DNA of 45,871 nt from Thermodesulfobacteriota bacterium (lineage in GTDB: Bacteria > Desulfobacterota_D > UBA1144). Positions 16,892-25,797 of this stretch are shown here, in pieces. A program made the position numbers and the translations under genes. The stretch lies in assembly GCA_029246845.1 (NCBI GenBank), contig JAQWMJ010000010.1, positions 1 through 45,871 of the forward strand, in the 5' to 3' direction. Position 1 is the first letter of the stretch. Each line of letters starts with the position of its first letter. The notes under the pieces were generated by a model. It worked only from the letters and a program-made list of their open reading frames with translations, was not told the DNA's origin and did not search any database.

Positions 16892-17200
16892 ATGTATCAT
16901 TATGTAGTGATTAAATCAGTGTTTTTTTTCTTGATTTTTCTTGGATCTTTCTTTTCCATGCTTGCAATATCCGCTGACAGCTCTCCAAGAGAAAGATGGA
17001 ATTATCAAAAGAAAGAAGATAGAATTAAGCATCACACAATAAAAATAAAGATTAAGTCTCAAAATAGAAAATTAAACAAAGACCCTTTAAATAAAAAAAG
17101 TGAATACATAAATAATGTTAACAAAGAAAATAATAAGATTGAAAGTGTTGAGGGAAGTAGTAATATTGAAAGACCAGGTTCACCAAGAGAAAGATGGTAG
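16892..17200 (+). CDS. Hypothetical secreted Lys-rich protein with a duplicated SPRERW motif
   Basis: Signal-peptide-like N-terminus (..FFSMLAISA/DS). The same 15-nt string encodes PRERW at 16985-16999 and 17183-17197. No visible SD. The composition could be an artefact of AT-rich DNA. Confidence 0.35.
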   Translation: MYHYVVIKSVFFFLIFLGSFFSMLAISADSSPRERWNYQKKEDRIKHHTIKIKIKSQNRKLNKDPLNKKSEYINNVNKENNKIESVEGSSNIERPGSPRERW

Positions 17201-17208
17201 GTGTTAAT

Positions 17209-17883
17209 ATGATTAAGAGAATCTTTTTGTTTACAATCGTAATGTTTTTTTTCAATTCTTGTTCATGGATTAATAAGGAGTGGAAAGATAGGCCAGATTG
17301 GCTTATGCCAGATTCATCCGTGTCTACTTCGCAAACTATGAATAATAGTTCTAATACCTTTTTAGTCTCTGGTTTCAACTTGTTTTCTAGTCCCAGCGAA
17401 GCTAAGAAAGATATTGTTTCTGGGGGTCTAAAATATGAAAAATCCAAGAATGATAAAAAAGCAAAGCTATTAAGCTATAGTTTTGGTGGGACTCTTATTA
17501 ATGCTCCAAGCGCATTTAGTTATAGTTCATCAAATTCAACTATAAATTTCTTTGATGGATCTCTTTTGTCTACAAGAATGACATTCAATGCGAATAGTGA
17601 CGAAAACTTAGAAGAAATTATCAATTCTTTATATCAAATTCTTGTGAATAGCTACTCTTCGCCAGATTCTGAAAATTCTATATATTCGTTTCAAACCTAC
17701 AAGTGGAACAACGAGGACGTAGAAGTTTTCTTGTCCGTAGATAAGGAGAATGGAAAAGTCTTTGTAACTGAGATTAATTCTAAATTAGAAGAATCCAGAA
17801 GCTTTAAAGAATTCAAAAGAAAGTATATTGATGAGTATCAGACTTACGATGAAGAAGTAAGGTATGGCAAGTCTAAGCGTTAG
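17209..17883 (+). CDS. Hypothetical lipoprotein
   Basis: MIKRIFLFTIVMFFFNSC lipoprotein-like signal. AGGTG lies 5 nt upstream of the ATG at 17209 (the tracked ORF starts at 17194). No recognisable domain. Confidence 0.5.
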   Translation: MIKRIFLFTIVMFFFNSCSWINKEWKDRPDWLMPDSSVSTSQTMNNSSNTFLVSGFNLFSSPSEAKKDIVSGGLKYEKSKNDKKAKLLSYSFGGTLINAPSAFSYSSSNSTINFFDGSLLSTRMTFNANSDENLEEIINSLYQILVNSYSSPDSENSIYSFQTYKWNNEDVEVFLSVDKENGKVFVTEINSKLEESRSFKEFKRKYIDEYQTYDEEVRYGKSKR

Positions 17884-19843
17884 CGATATCCTGGTCTACG
17901 ATTCTAGCAAAGTCTTCCATAATTTTATTTAACGAATAGTCTTTGGGAGTGTAGACGGCCCTTACGCCCGAGTCTTTTAATACTTTATGATCTTCGTCTG
18001 GTATTATGCCTCCAACAATTATCGGAGTGCCACCGCATCCTTGATTCTTCATTATCTCAACAATCTTAGGTACTACAGTAAGATGAGAGCCAGATAAAAT
18101 ACTCAAGCCAACTAAGTCAACATCCTCTTGCTCTACAGTGCTAACAATTTCTTCTGGCGTCAGCCTTATTCCATGATATATAACTTCCATTCCGACATCT
18201 CTTGCTCTTACGGCAATTTGTTCTGCCCCATTTGAATGACCATCGAGTCCTGGTTTGCCTACAAGTATTTTAATTGGCCTTCCAAGTCTAGTGCTTACAA
18301 CTTTAACCTTATCTCTTACGGTTTCGATTTCTTCATGGTTCATATTGGTAGATATCCCGGTTCCAGTAGGAGGCCTATATTCTCCAAATACTTCACGGAG
18401 TGCACCTGCCCACTCTCCAGTAGTTAAACCATTCTTCGCACATTCAATCGATATAGGCATTATATTTTCTGAGCTTATTACAGCATTTTTAAGTTTCTCA
18501 ATCGACTTACTTATTAATTCGTCATTTCTTTTTTCCTTGTATTGGGACAAGGAGTTAATTTTCGCAGAAACTATTTTATCATCTACTTTTTGAATTGACT
18601 CATCTACAGATAATGGAGAGGGCTCTGTTTCTTGAAAAATATTAACACCAATAATTTTTTTAGCACCGCTTTCAATATCATGTGATCTCTTCGCTAGCGA
18701 AGCCACTAGTGATTCTTTCATGTAGCCATTTTCAAGAGCTACAGCTGCTCCACCCATCTCATCTATCTTTTTAATTTCATCATATGCTGATTTTTTTAAA
18801 TCCTTTACTTTACTCTCTATTACCTTAGATCCTTCGAATATATCCGAAGACTCCAATAAATCTGTTTCAAATGCTAAAATTTGTTGAAACCTCAATGACC
18901 ATTGTTGATCCCAAGGTCTTGGTAATCCCAAAGCCTCATTCCATCCAGGTAGCTGAACAGCACGAGCTCTAGAATTTTTACTTAAAGTTACTGCAAGCAT
19001 TTCAATTATTATTCTAGCAACATTATTTTCAGGTTGTTGAGCTGTAAGTCCAAGAGAGTTTACTTGAACACCATATCTGAACCTTCTGTATTTGGGTTCA
19101 TCAACACCGTATCTATCCTGACATATCTCATCCCACATTTCTGTAAAAGCCCTCATCTTGCATAACTCTTCAACAAATCTAATTCCTGCATTTACAAAAA
19201 AGGAAATCCTACCAACTACTTTTGGAAAGTCTTCCTCAGGAATCTGGTTGGACTCTTTCACTGTATCTAATATGCAAATTGCATTAGAAAGAGCAAATGC
19301 TATTTCTTGAACAGGAGTTGCCCCCGCTTCTTGCAAATGATAGCTACATATGTTTGTAGGGTTCCATTTAGGTATTTCTTTATAGCAAAAGACAATCATA
19401 TCGGAGATAAGTTTAATCGATTCCTTTGGTGGAAAAATATATGTACCACGTGACAGATATTCTTTTAATATGTCATTTTGTGTTGTGCCCTGAAGCTCAG
19501 AGATGTCTACTTTATCCTTCTCAGCTGTGGCACAATAAAGCGACAATAACCATGCAGCCGGTGCATTGATTGTCATAGAAGTATTCATTTGCTCAAGAGG
19601 GATGTCTTGAAAAAGCTTATTCATATCTTCTAAGTTTGATATAGGTACGCCCACTTTACCTACCTCACCTTCTGAGAGAACATGATCTGAGTCATAGCCA
19701 GTTTGAGTTGGTAGATCAAAGGCCACACTAAGTCCAGTCTGACCTTTGTTTAAATTCATTTTAAAAAGTTTATTGGATTCCTCAGCCGTACTGTGCCCGG
19801 CATAAGTTCTCATAATCCAAGGTCTATCTCTCTTTACAGTCAT
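17873..19843 (-). CDS. Fused B12-dependent acyl-CoA mutase, ethylmalonyl-CoA mutase (Ecm/MeaA)-like
   Basis: RPWIMRTYAGHSTA, GQTGLSVAFDLPTQTGYDSDH, GRISFFVNAG, RFRYGVQVNSLGLTAQQPENNV and LPGWNEALGLPRPWDQQWSLR resemble MeaA/Ecm rather than MutB (which has RQYAGFSTA), as I recall those sequences. The C-terminal cobalamin domain carries GLDGHSNG. Confidence 0.75.
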   Translation of the reverse strand: MTVKRDRPWIMRTYAGHSTAEESNKLFKMNLNKGQTGLSVAFDLPTQTGYDSDHVLSEGEVGKVGVPISNLEDMNKLFQDIPLEQMNTSMTINAPAAWLLSLYCATAEKDKVDISELQGTTQNDILKEYLSRGTYIFPPKESIKLISDMIVFCYKEIPKWNPTNICSYHLQEAGATPVQEIAFALSNAICILDTVKESNQIPEEDFPKVVGRISFFVNAGIRFVEELCKMRAFTEMWDEICQDRYGVDEPKYRRFRYGVQVNSLGLTAQQPENNVARIIIEMLAVTLSKNSRARAVQLPGWNEALGLPRPWDQQWSLRFQQILAFETDLLESSDIFEGSKVIESKVKDLKKSAYDEIKKIDEMGGAAVALENGYMKESLVASLAKRSHDIESGAKKIIGVNIFQETEPSPLSVDESIQKVDDKIVSAKINSLSQYKEKRNDELISKSIEKLKNAVISSENIMPISIECAKNGLTTGEWAGALREVFGEYRPPTGTGISTNMNHEEIETVRDKVKVVSTRLGRPIKILVGKPGLDGHSNGAEQIAVRARDVGMEVIYHGIRLTPEEIVSTVEQEDVDLVGLSILSGSHLTVVPKIVEIMKNQGCGGTPIIVGGIIPDEDHKVLKDSGVRAVYTPKDYSLNKIMEDFARIVDQDIANA

Positions 19844-19849
19844 ATACTT

Positions 19850-20884
19850 TTATTCGTTTGATCCCAAAATATCATATCCTGTAATAGACTTACTTTTTTC
19901 CGCCATCAAATCTAAGTACTCTTTATCAACTAATCCAGCAAGATAAGCTTTTGAAACTCTCATTAAAGCAATTTTTGCAGTTGCTTCGTCGATCATTTCT
20001 CCAGTTTCTGGATTAAACATGGAGCCACCACCCATTTCATGGTAAAAATCTAGTTGTTGTTTTGCTTCTTTGATTTGTTGTTCGTTTGGCGTAAAGGCAC
20101 TATTTGATATTACAGCTTGTTGCGGATGTATTACCCATGTTCCATCCATACCGATTAGCGCTGAACCTTGTACTTTCTTTCTTAAACCATCTTCAACTTT
20201 AGCCACTTGCTCGGGAGTATCGTCTTTTCTCCATAGGCCCAGATAAACGTTATCGATAGCATGAAGACCTGCAGCTTTTGCTGCTGTTATAACAGCCTTT
20301 TTTTCATAATAGAAAACTTCATTTTGAATATCTAAGCAAGCACTAGGATCAACCCCTAGTTCCGCAGTATAGTCCGCAATCCCAAAAATTAATCCTGCCA
20401 TTCTCGGAGATGCTTTAGCCATCTCAAATGCATACTCCAAAGCTCTAGGTCTCTCAATTAAGGCTTCTATGGCTAATTTTGTTTTCCATCCATGCTTTGC
20501 TTCTAGTTCATCTAAAGTATCTGACACTAACTTTACATCTTCAGGCCCATTACATTTAGGAATTATTATTCCATGAAATTTATCTACAGCTCCACTTAAA
20601 ACGGCTTCCATGTCACCTCTAAAAAATTCTGATCTTAGATTGTTAGGTCTGACAGTTATAACTTTTTTACCAAAATCCAATGTATTTAAAGCTTCAACCA
20701 TTGTAGCCCTACTTTTGTCGCCCTTGAATTCATATGGGCATGCATCTTCTAGGTCAGCCATTACATGGTCGACTGGAGTCTTCTCAGGATTAGCTGCATT
20801 AGTATGAAGCTTCATATTATGTCCCGGGTATGTCAATTCTGTTCTTGGTACTACTACTCTTGTTCCTTCGTCTAATATAAACAA
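19850..20884 (-). CDS. HpcH/HpaI-CitE family C-C lyase, malyl-CoA/beta-methylmalyl-CoA lyase-like
   Basis: 344 aa with a CitE/Mcl-like pattern (ADLEDA, IIPKCNGPEDV, IEALIERPRAL, GIADY). TTG start with AGGAGGAA 6 nt upstream. Confidence 0.65.
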   Translation of the reverse strand: MFILDEGTRVVVPRTELTYPGHNMKLHTNAANPEKTPVDHVMADLEDACPYEFKGDKSRATMVEALNTLDFGKKVITVRPNNLRSEFFRGDMEAVLSGAVDKFHGIIIPKCNGPEDVKLVSDTLDELEAKHGWKTKLAIEALIERPRALEYAFEMAKASPRMAGLIFGIADYTAELGVDPSACLDIQNEVFYYEKKAVITAAKAAGLHAIDNVYLGLWRKDDTPEQVAKVEDGLRKKVQGSALIGMDGTWVIHPQQAVISNSAFTPNEQQIKEAKQQLDFYHEMGGGSMFNPETGEMIDEATAKIALMRVSKAYLAGLVDKEYLDLMAEKSKSITGYDILGSNE

Positions 20885-20911
20885 TATAGTTTCCTCCTAA
20901 AAATAAATTTT

Positions 20912-22072
20912 TTATTTTAAAATAGCTTTGGCTATAACTTCATGTTGTATCTCACTTGTACCTTCAAAGATACTTATTACTCTTCCATCTCTCCAGAATC
21001 TTTCAACCGGAAATTCTTTAGAGTATCCGTAACCACCCAGAACCTGCATTGCTTCTCTTGTTATAAATTCTACAGCTTTAGCAGCTTTAACTTTAGCCAT
21101 CCCAGCTTCAAGGTCACATCTTTTCCCTGAATCCTTCAATGATGCTGCATAATATGTAAGCTGTCTTGCAGCCTCTAGTTCAACTTTCATCTCAGATAGT
21201 TTCATTCTGATTGCTTGGTGTTCACATATTGGTACACCAAATTGTTCACGTTCCTTTGAATATTGAAGAGCGAAGTCAAAAGCAGCTTGTGCAACTCCTA
21301 CTGCTCTTGCCGCAGTTTGAAGTCTTGCGCTTTCGTAACTTACCATTAACTGATAAAAGCCTCTATTTTCTTCACCACCAAGTAGTGAATCTTCAGGGAC
21401 AAATACATCATCAAAAGCGAGATTGTAAGATCTCATTCCATGGTAACCAACTGTAGGGATAGGCTCACCTTGAATATTTGGATGAACTATTTTTTCGGCT
21501 GACTCTTTTTCAACAAAAAACATACTAAGACCTTTGTGCCTTATTGAAGCATCAGGATTTGTTCTAGCTAAAACCATAAGTACATTTGCTCTGTTTGCGT
21601 ATGTGCACCAAGCTTTAGCACCATTTAATAAGTACCCACCCTCAGTTTTAGTAGCTTTCATTATCATACTTGCAGAATCTGACCCTGAATCAGGCTCAGT
21701 AAATGCAGCTGCTGGCAAAATTGTTCCAGTGGCAAGTCCGGGCAAGTATTTCTTTTTTTGTTCTTCAGTGCCATGGGCTTGTAAAAGAGTTCCCATTATA
21801 ACCCCTCTTGTCATAACGCTTCCAACACTCAACCAGCCTTTACTTAGTTCTTCGGCAACTATAGTCATAGTAATATTATCAAGTCCTAATCCATCATATT
21901 CTTCAGGAAATAGAACTCCAAAATAACCCTGTTCAGCCATCTTGGCTATTATTTCCATTGGAATTTCTGCATTTTTAGCATCAAGTTCAGATGCTATAGG
22001 TACGATCTCCTCTTCGGTAAATCTTCTTACCGCATTTCTAAATTCTTCGTGATCACTTGTAACAAAAGACAT
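20912..22072 (-). CDS. Acyl-CoA dehydrogenase (short/medium-chain type, 386 aa)
   Basis: Typical ACAD motifs (AFTEPDSGSD, QAFDFALQYSKEREQFG, GGYGYSKEFPVERFWRD..I.EGTSEIQ). Confidence 0.9.
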   Translation of the reverse strand: MSFVTSDHEEFRNAVRRFTEEEIVPIASELDAKNAEIPMEIIAKMAEQGYFGVLFPEEYDGLGLDNITMTIVAEELSKGWLSVGSVMTRGVIMGTLLQAHGTEEQKKKYLPGLATGTILPAAAFTEPDSGSDSASMIMKATKTEGGYLLNGAKAWCTYANRANVLMVLARTNPDASIRHKGLSMFFVEKESAEKIVHPNIQGEPIPTVGYHGMRSYNLAFDDVFVPEDSLLGGEENRGFYQLMVSYESARLQTAARAVGVAQAAFDFALQYSKEREQFGVPICEHQAIRMKLSEMKVELEAARQLTYYAASLKDSGKRCDLEAGMAKVKAAKAVEFITREAMQVLGGYGYSKEFPVERFWRDGRVISIFEGTSEIQHEVIAKAILK

Positions 22073-22231
22073 AATTATACACCCTCCAGGTAAAATATCG
22101 TTTCAGTTTAAAATTGGGGTTAAACTCCATCTTAATTATACATTGCAAAAATTGAATATAAAGAGTAAAAAAACTTTTATATATTGAAAAAAAATATATA
22201 TTATTAGTATCAAGAATTAAAGGAGCTTACT

Positions 22232-22699
22232 ATGGCATTTACACATATTGAAATTCAACTTGAGACGGGAAATGTAAAAATAAAACTCAGACCTGACCTT
22301 GCGCCTAATCATGTGCAGAGAGTTACTGAATTAGCATCAGAAGGTTTTTATGATGGAGTTGTTTTTCATAGGGTGATTCCAAATTTCATGGCTCAAACTG
22401 GTGATCCCACAGGAACAGGTACTGGAGGTTCGGATAAACCAAATTTAAACCAAGAATTCTCTGACGAGAACCATACTCGAGGTTCTGTATCAATGGCAAG
22501 GTCTGCCGATCCTAATAGCGCAAATTCTCAATTTTTTATTTGTTTTGGAGATTGCTCTTGGTTAAATAGTCAATATACTATTTGGGGTGAAGTAGAAGAG
22601 GGTATGGACTTAGTCGATCAGATAAAAAAAGGTGAAGATGAAAGTGGTGTGGTTATAGAGCCGGATAAGATGATTAAGGTTATCCCTACAGAAGGTTAA
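22232..22699 (+). CDS. ppiB: Peptidyl-prolyl cis-trans isomerase, cyclophilin type (no signal peptide)
   Basis: FHRVIPNFMAQTGDPTGTGTGG and SMAR...NSANSQFFI motifs. AAAGGAG RBS. Confidence 0.9.
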   Translation: MAFTHIEIQLETGNVKIKLRPDLAPNHVQRVTELASEGFYDGVVFHRVIPNFMAQTGDPTGTGTGGSDKPNLNQEFSDENHTRGSVSMARSADPNSANSQFFICFGDCSWLNSQYTIWGEVEEGMDLVDQIKKGEDESGVVIEPDKMIKVIPTEG

Positions 22700-22710
22700 G
22701 TGAGAGTTAA

Positions 22711-23295
22711 ATGAATATCAGAAAAATACTTGGAAGATTTAGTAAAATTCCTTTTTTTAGAGATAATGGATGGTTATTTATGCCTCTCTTTTATTTGTCC
22801 TTAATTGTAATAGTTGTAGGGATTTATTATTCAATCAACAATTCTAATCATTATAGCTCTTATAATAATGGTTCAATTGATGGAGTCCTAATTAATGAAA
22901 CTCCTTCTATAGATTTGTCAATCTATAAAATTTCACCTGAAGATTCATCTGAATATATAACAGTTTCTAATTTATTGGGAGTCAAAGATTTCAAATTACA
23001 TATAAGAAAAAGCAAACTACAAGATTTGAAAAATGTTTATTCTTTTTATTCTGAAGGCCCTAATGAAAAAACAAAAGCCGTTGGTTATTTTGGCTATGGG
23101 AACCTTGATTGCACAAAAATGAGAGCTATTTCATTAAGTAATCTGGGAAAGCATCACATGGTTACTGTCGATAACGGAATCAGTGAATCCTTGTCTTGGG
23201 AATCAGATGAATACAATTTTATTTTTCTAAATAAGTTTTTATCGGATGGGATTGAGTTGAAAAGTTCCTGCACTTATGTAGTCTTTAGTAAGTAA
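22711..23295 (+). CDS. Hypothetical membrane-anchored protein
   Basis: One TM helix (residues ~20-40) followed by a ~150-aa Ser/Asn-rich extracytoplasmic part. No recognisable motif. Confidence 0.45.
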   Translation: MNIRKILGRFSKIPFFRDNGWLFMPLFYLSLIVIVVGIYYSINNSNHYSSYNNGSIDGVLINETPSIDLSIYKISPEDSSEYITVSNLLGVKDFKLHIRKSKLQDLKNVYSFYSEGPNEKTKAVGYFGYGNLDCTKMRAISLSNLGKHHMVTVDNGISESLSWESDEYNFIFLNKFLSDGIELKSSCTYVVFSK

Positions 23296-23296
23296 A

Positions 23297-24052
23297 TTGG
23301 TGGCTAAGATTTTAGAATATAGAAGTTTTGAATCGTTACAAAGTAGCTATGAGCAACAAGAAAATTCGAATTTTTTCCCACCATCACTAGAAATTGGCTC
23401 CTGTTTTTCTAGACATTTGTTGGTCAATAGATTTTTAATTACTAAGAAGCCAAAGTACCTTTTTTGGTCAATTGAGGCTGATTCAAACGTGATGATGGAC
23501 CCTTTTTGTGCTGAAACGTTAAATTGGTGGAGGAATCTACTAGTTGAATCTAATAAATCAACCGATACAGAGATTCTATCTCAGCTCCTTAAAAATATTG
23601 GTCTAGCATTGAGTAGGCATCGGGACTTATCTAATTCTTTTCATTATGACTCAGGATTTGTGCACAATTACAGAAAAGAGGATTCTTATTTTTCATTTGA
23701 AATACACCCACCCAGGAGATGCTTCAGACTAATTGAGAATTTTGAAAAAATAGTTAGTAAAATAGAAAAGATAAAGATTCTTGGCGGCGATCTAAGATTG
23801 GAGCTTGAGGGCAAATACTCAATATCTGATTTGAACACGGGATTTTCTAATTATAATAATATTGCAGCACAAGTGATATCAAAAATTCACAACATGTTAC
23901 CCAAGAATAAGAATGACAAAACTGATATTTTTTTAACTCCATTTATTGCCGAGGAAATCTATAAAGATGCGAAGGCCTATTGTTTAAATCTTGAATATAT
24001 TGTTGACACTCTTCAAGTTGTTGACTATTGGAGCCCGGACAAAAAAAGGTAA
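23297..24052 (+). CDS. Hypothetical soluble protein
   Basis: 251-aa ORF that starts (TTG) 1 nt after the previous stop. No TM helix and no motif I can name. Confidence 0.45.
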   Translation: MVAKILEYRSFESLQSSYEQQENSNFFPPSLEIGSCFSRHLLVNRFLITKKPKYLFWSIEADSNVMMDPFCAETLNWWRNLLVESNKSTDTEILSQLLKNIGLALSRHRDLSNSFHYDSGFVHNYRKEDSYFSFEIHPPRRCFRLIENFEKIVSKIEKIKILGGDLRLELEGKYSISDLNTGFSNYNNIAAQVISKIHNMLPKNKNDKTDIFLTPFIAEEIYKDAKAYCLNLEYIVDTLQVVDYWSPDKKR

Positions 24053-24648
24053 AAAAACTTTTTAAACTTGTCCATCCCTAAGTAAATTCCAATATTTACA
24101 GTAAACATAATTAACTTACTTAAACCAGTGATTCTATCAAAGTATGTTGAAATAAATATAAACTGACATGCCCACATCCAAACTGTTATGACTAGGTAAG
24201 CTCCGAGCTTCATTTCATTGTAATAATCAATATTTAAATTCGTAGTTGCTGATAAAAAAATGAGGCATAATGAACCAAAGATAACAGGTGATAAAGTATA
24301 GCTAAAACCTTTAAATATTGAGTTAAATGAAAGTTGTTTCTGTGAGCCATTAAAAAGTCGGCCGAGTATGCACAATGCAATACAAGAGATTATTATTTCA
24401 CTAAAATAAAATATAGAGCTAAAATTTGATAAAGCATATTTATTGTCAAATATATAATAAGCAAAATCATCTAATAGGGTAGCTAAAAGAACAACAAATA
24501 AAGCTCTTGATCCTTGAATATAGTGCCTGTTAAGTGAAGCAGCCATATATATCTTATTGCTCAAAAACAATGATGATATTAAATTTAAAATCATATATAA
24601 ACCAAAAACTAATTGTAATTCAACAAGCCTTTTAGTATTATATAACAA
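24025..24648 (-). CDS. Hypothetical polytopic membrane protein (about 5 TM)
   Basis: Hydrophobic segments throughout. TTG start. Its 3' end overlaps the convergent 23297..24052 ORF by 28 nt. Confidence 0.45.
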   Translation of the reverse strand: MLYNTKRLVELQLVFGLYMILNLISSLFLSNKIYMAASLNRHYIQGSRALFVVLLATLLDDFAYYIFDNKYALSNFSSIFYFSEIIISCIALCILGRLFNGSQKQLSFNSIFKGFSYTLSPVIFGSLCLIFLSATTNLNIDYYNEMKLGAYLVITVWMWACQFIFISTYFDRITGLSKLIMFTVNIGIYLGMDKFKKFFYLFLSGLQ

Positions 24649-24693
24649 ACCTCTACTTATATTCTATAGTTAATTTTAGTTTGGAGCCACATA

Positions 24694-25662
24694 TTGAATG
24701 GAAATGAACCTAAGAAGCCAATAAAAAAGAAAATTATAGAGATTCTAGGATATTTAGTTAGCTTTGCTGCGTTGTATTTCGTATATCGCTATGTTGTAAA
24801 CATTGATCTTGAAGCTGCAAAACAAAAATTAAGTTATTCATGGATTCCTTTGTTGTTACTTTTTATTTCTATTTATATAGTTCTAATGGGTTTTTTGGCT
24901 ACCGGTTGGAGATATATGTTGGAACTTCTTCATGGTTCTCCTCTTCCCAAATGGAGAATAATAGGAATATATACTAAAACTCAAATCTATAAATACATAC
25001 CTTCTAATTTGATGCATGTTATTGCTAGGATATATTTTGCCACTAAGCTGGGACCTTCTAAGGCAAATGTAGTTCAAAGTTATTTCTTGGAAATAGTTTT
25101 CATGGTTTTAATAGGACTTATAATTGTACTAACATCAGTCTATACAGGAAGCTTTACGTTGTCTGATGAGTTAATTGCTAAGATAAGAGATTTTTCGGGT
25201 GGAAAAGTCAAAGGCTTTTCTTTTGGGATTTTAATATTTGGTGCTTTAGCCATAGCTTTTTATCTAGTCAAGGCTTTAAAAAATTATAAATCAGCCTTTT
25301 CCTCGGAAAATTTAATGAGGATAGTTAAACTTTTCTTACTTTTGCTTTGTTTTTTCATTGGGATGGGGTCTGTGGAATATTTTGTTTTCTCGAACTTGCT
25401 AGGAATGGATATAGGCTTCTTTTATGTAGTTTCACTTTTTACAATTACATGGCTTGGAATGTTTATTATTCCCGGGGCACCTGGGGGAATTGGCATAAGA
25501 GAGTTTATAGTTATTGCTCTACTCTCGCCAATATATGGTCCAGACGACCCTACTATTGGAATATTAATTTTTAGAGTTATAACAGTCCTTGGTGATGCAA
25601 TTCTATTGCCTATAGGATCTATATTTGTTCCTGAAGAACTTTCAGAAGCAAAAGAAATTTAA
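24694..25662 (+). CDS. UPF0104 / lysylphosphatidylglycerol-synthase-TM-region (flippase-like) family membrane protein
   Basis: About 8 TM helices with the characteristic PGAPGGIGIREF motif near the C-terminus. Confidence 0.6.
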   Translation: MNGNEPKKPIKKKIIEILGYLVSFAALYFVYRYVVNIDLEAAKQKLSYSWIPLLLLFISIYIVLMGFLATGWRYMLELLHGSPLPKWRIIGIYTKTQIYKYIPSNLMHVIARIYFATKLGPSKANVVQSYFLEIVFMVLIGLIIVLTSVYTGSFTLSDELIAKIRDFSGGKVKGFSFGILIFGALAIAFYLVKALKNYKSAFSSENLMRIVKLFLLLLCFFIGMGSVEYFVFSNLLGMDIGFFYVVSLFTITWLGMFIIPGAPGGIGIREFIVIALLSPIYGPDDPTIGILIFRVITVLGDAILLPIGSIFVPEELSEAKEI

Positions 25663-25667
25663 AACTA

Positions 25668-25696
25668 TTGACAAAAAGTCTTTTCTTGTGTAATTT
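25668..25696 (+). promoter_or_regulatory. Candidate promoter (TTGACA-17 nt-TAATTT) in a convergent intergenic region
   Basis: A perfect -35 TTGACA at 25668-25673, a 17-nt spacer and TAATTT at 25691-25696. There is no protein gene downstream on this strand. Confidence 0.3.
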
Positions 25697-25702
25697 ATAT
25701 GC

Positions 25703-25781
25703 ATCAGGTTGAGTTAGAGATAAAATAGTTTGTCTCACGTAGAAAGCTAAGAGATTAGCACTAAAACTCAATCTTTTTTTT
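25703..25781 (+). ncRNA. Candidate ~75-80 nt structured small RNA, or an elaborate intrinsic terminator
   Basis: A 10-bp closing stem (25706-25715 with 25765-25774, one G-U) is followed by T8 (25774-25781). Internal hairpins are GCTAA-GAGA-TTAGC (25746-25759, GNRA loop) and GAGA/TCTC (25717-20 / 25733-36). Confidence 0.3.
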
Positions 25782-25797
25782 CGCCCTTTTTACTTTA

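Noticed and set aside
16985-17197. The 15-nt direct repeats as a target-site duplication flanking a miniature mobile element.
   Set aside because: The 183-nt sequence between them has no terminal inverted repeats, and both copies are in the same reading frame of one ORF. A protein-level motif duplication is more parsimonious.
17118-17447. A 109-aa minus-strand ORF spanning the junction of the two + strand hypotheticals.
   Set aside because: It overlaps both + strand ORFs, one of which has a good lipoprotein signal and RBS. It has no RBS and no signal or motif of its own.
25663-25797. A bidirectional terminator serving both the 24694..25662 gene and cysH.
   Set aside because: The T8 run follows the helix only on the + strand. 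On the minus strand the helix is preceded by A8 and followed by non-U sequence.
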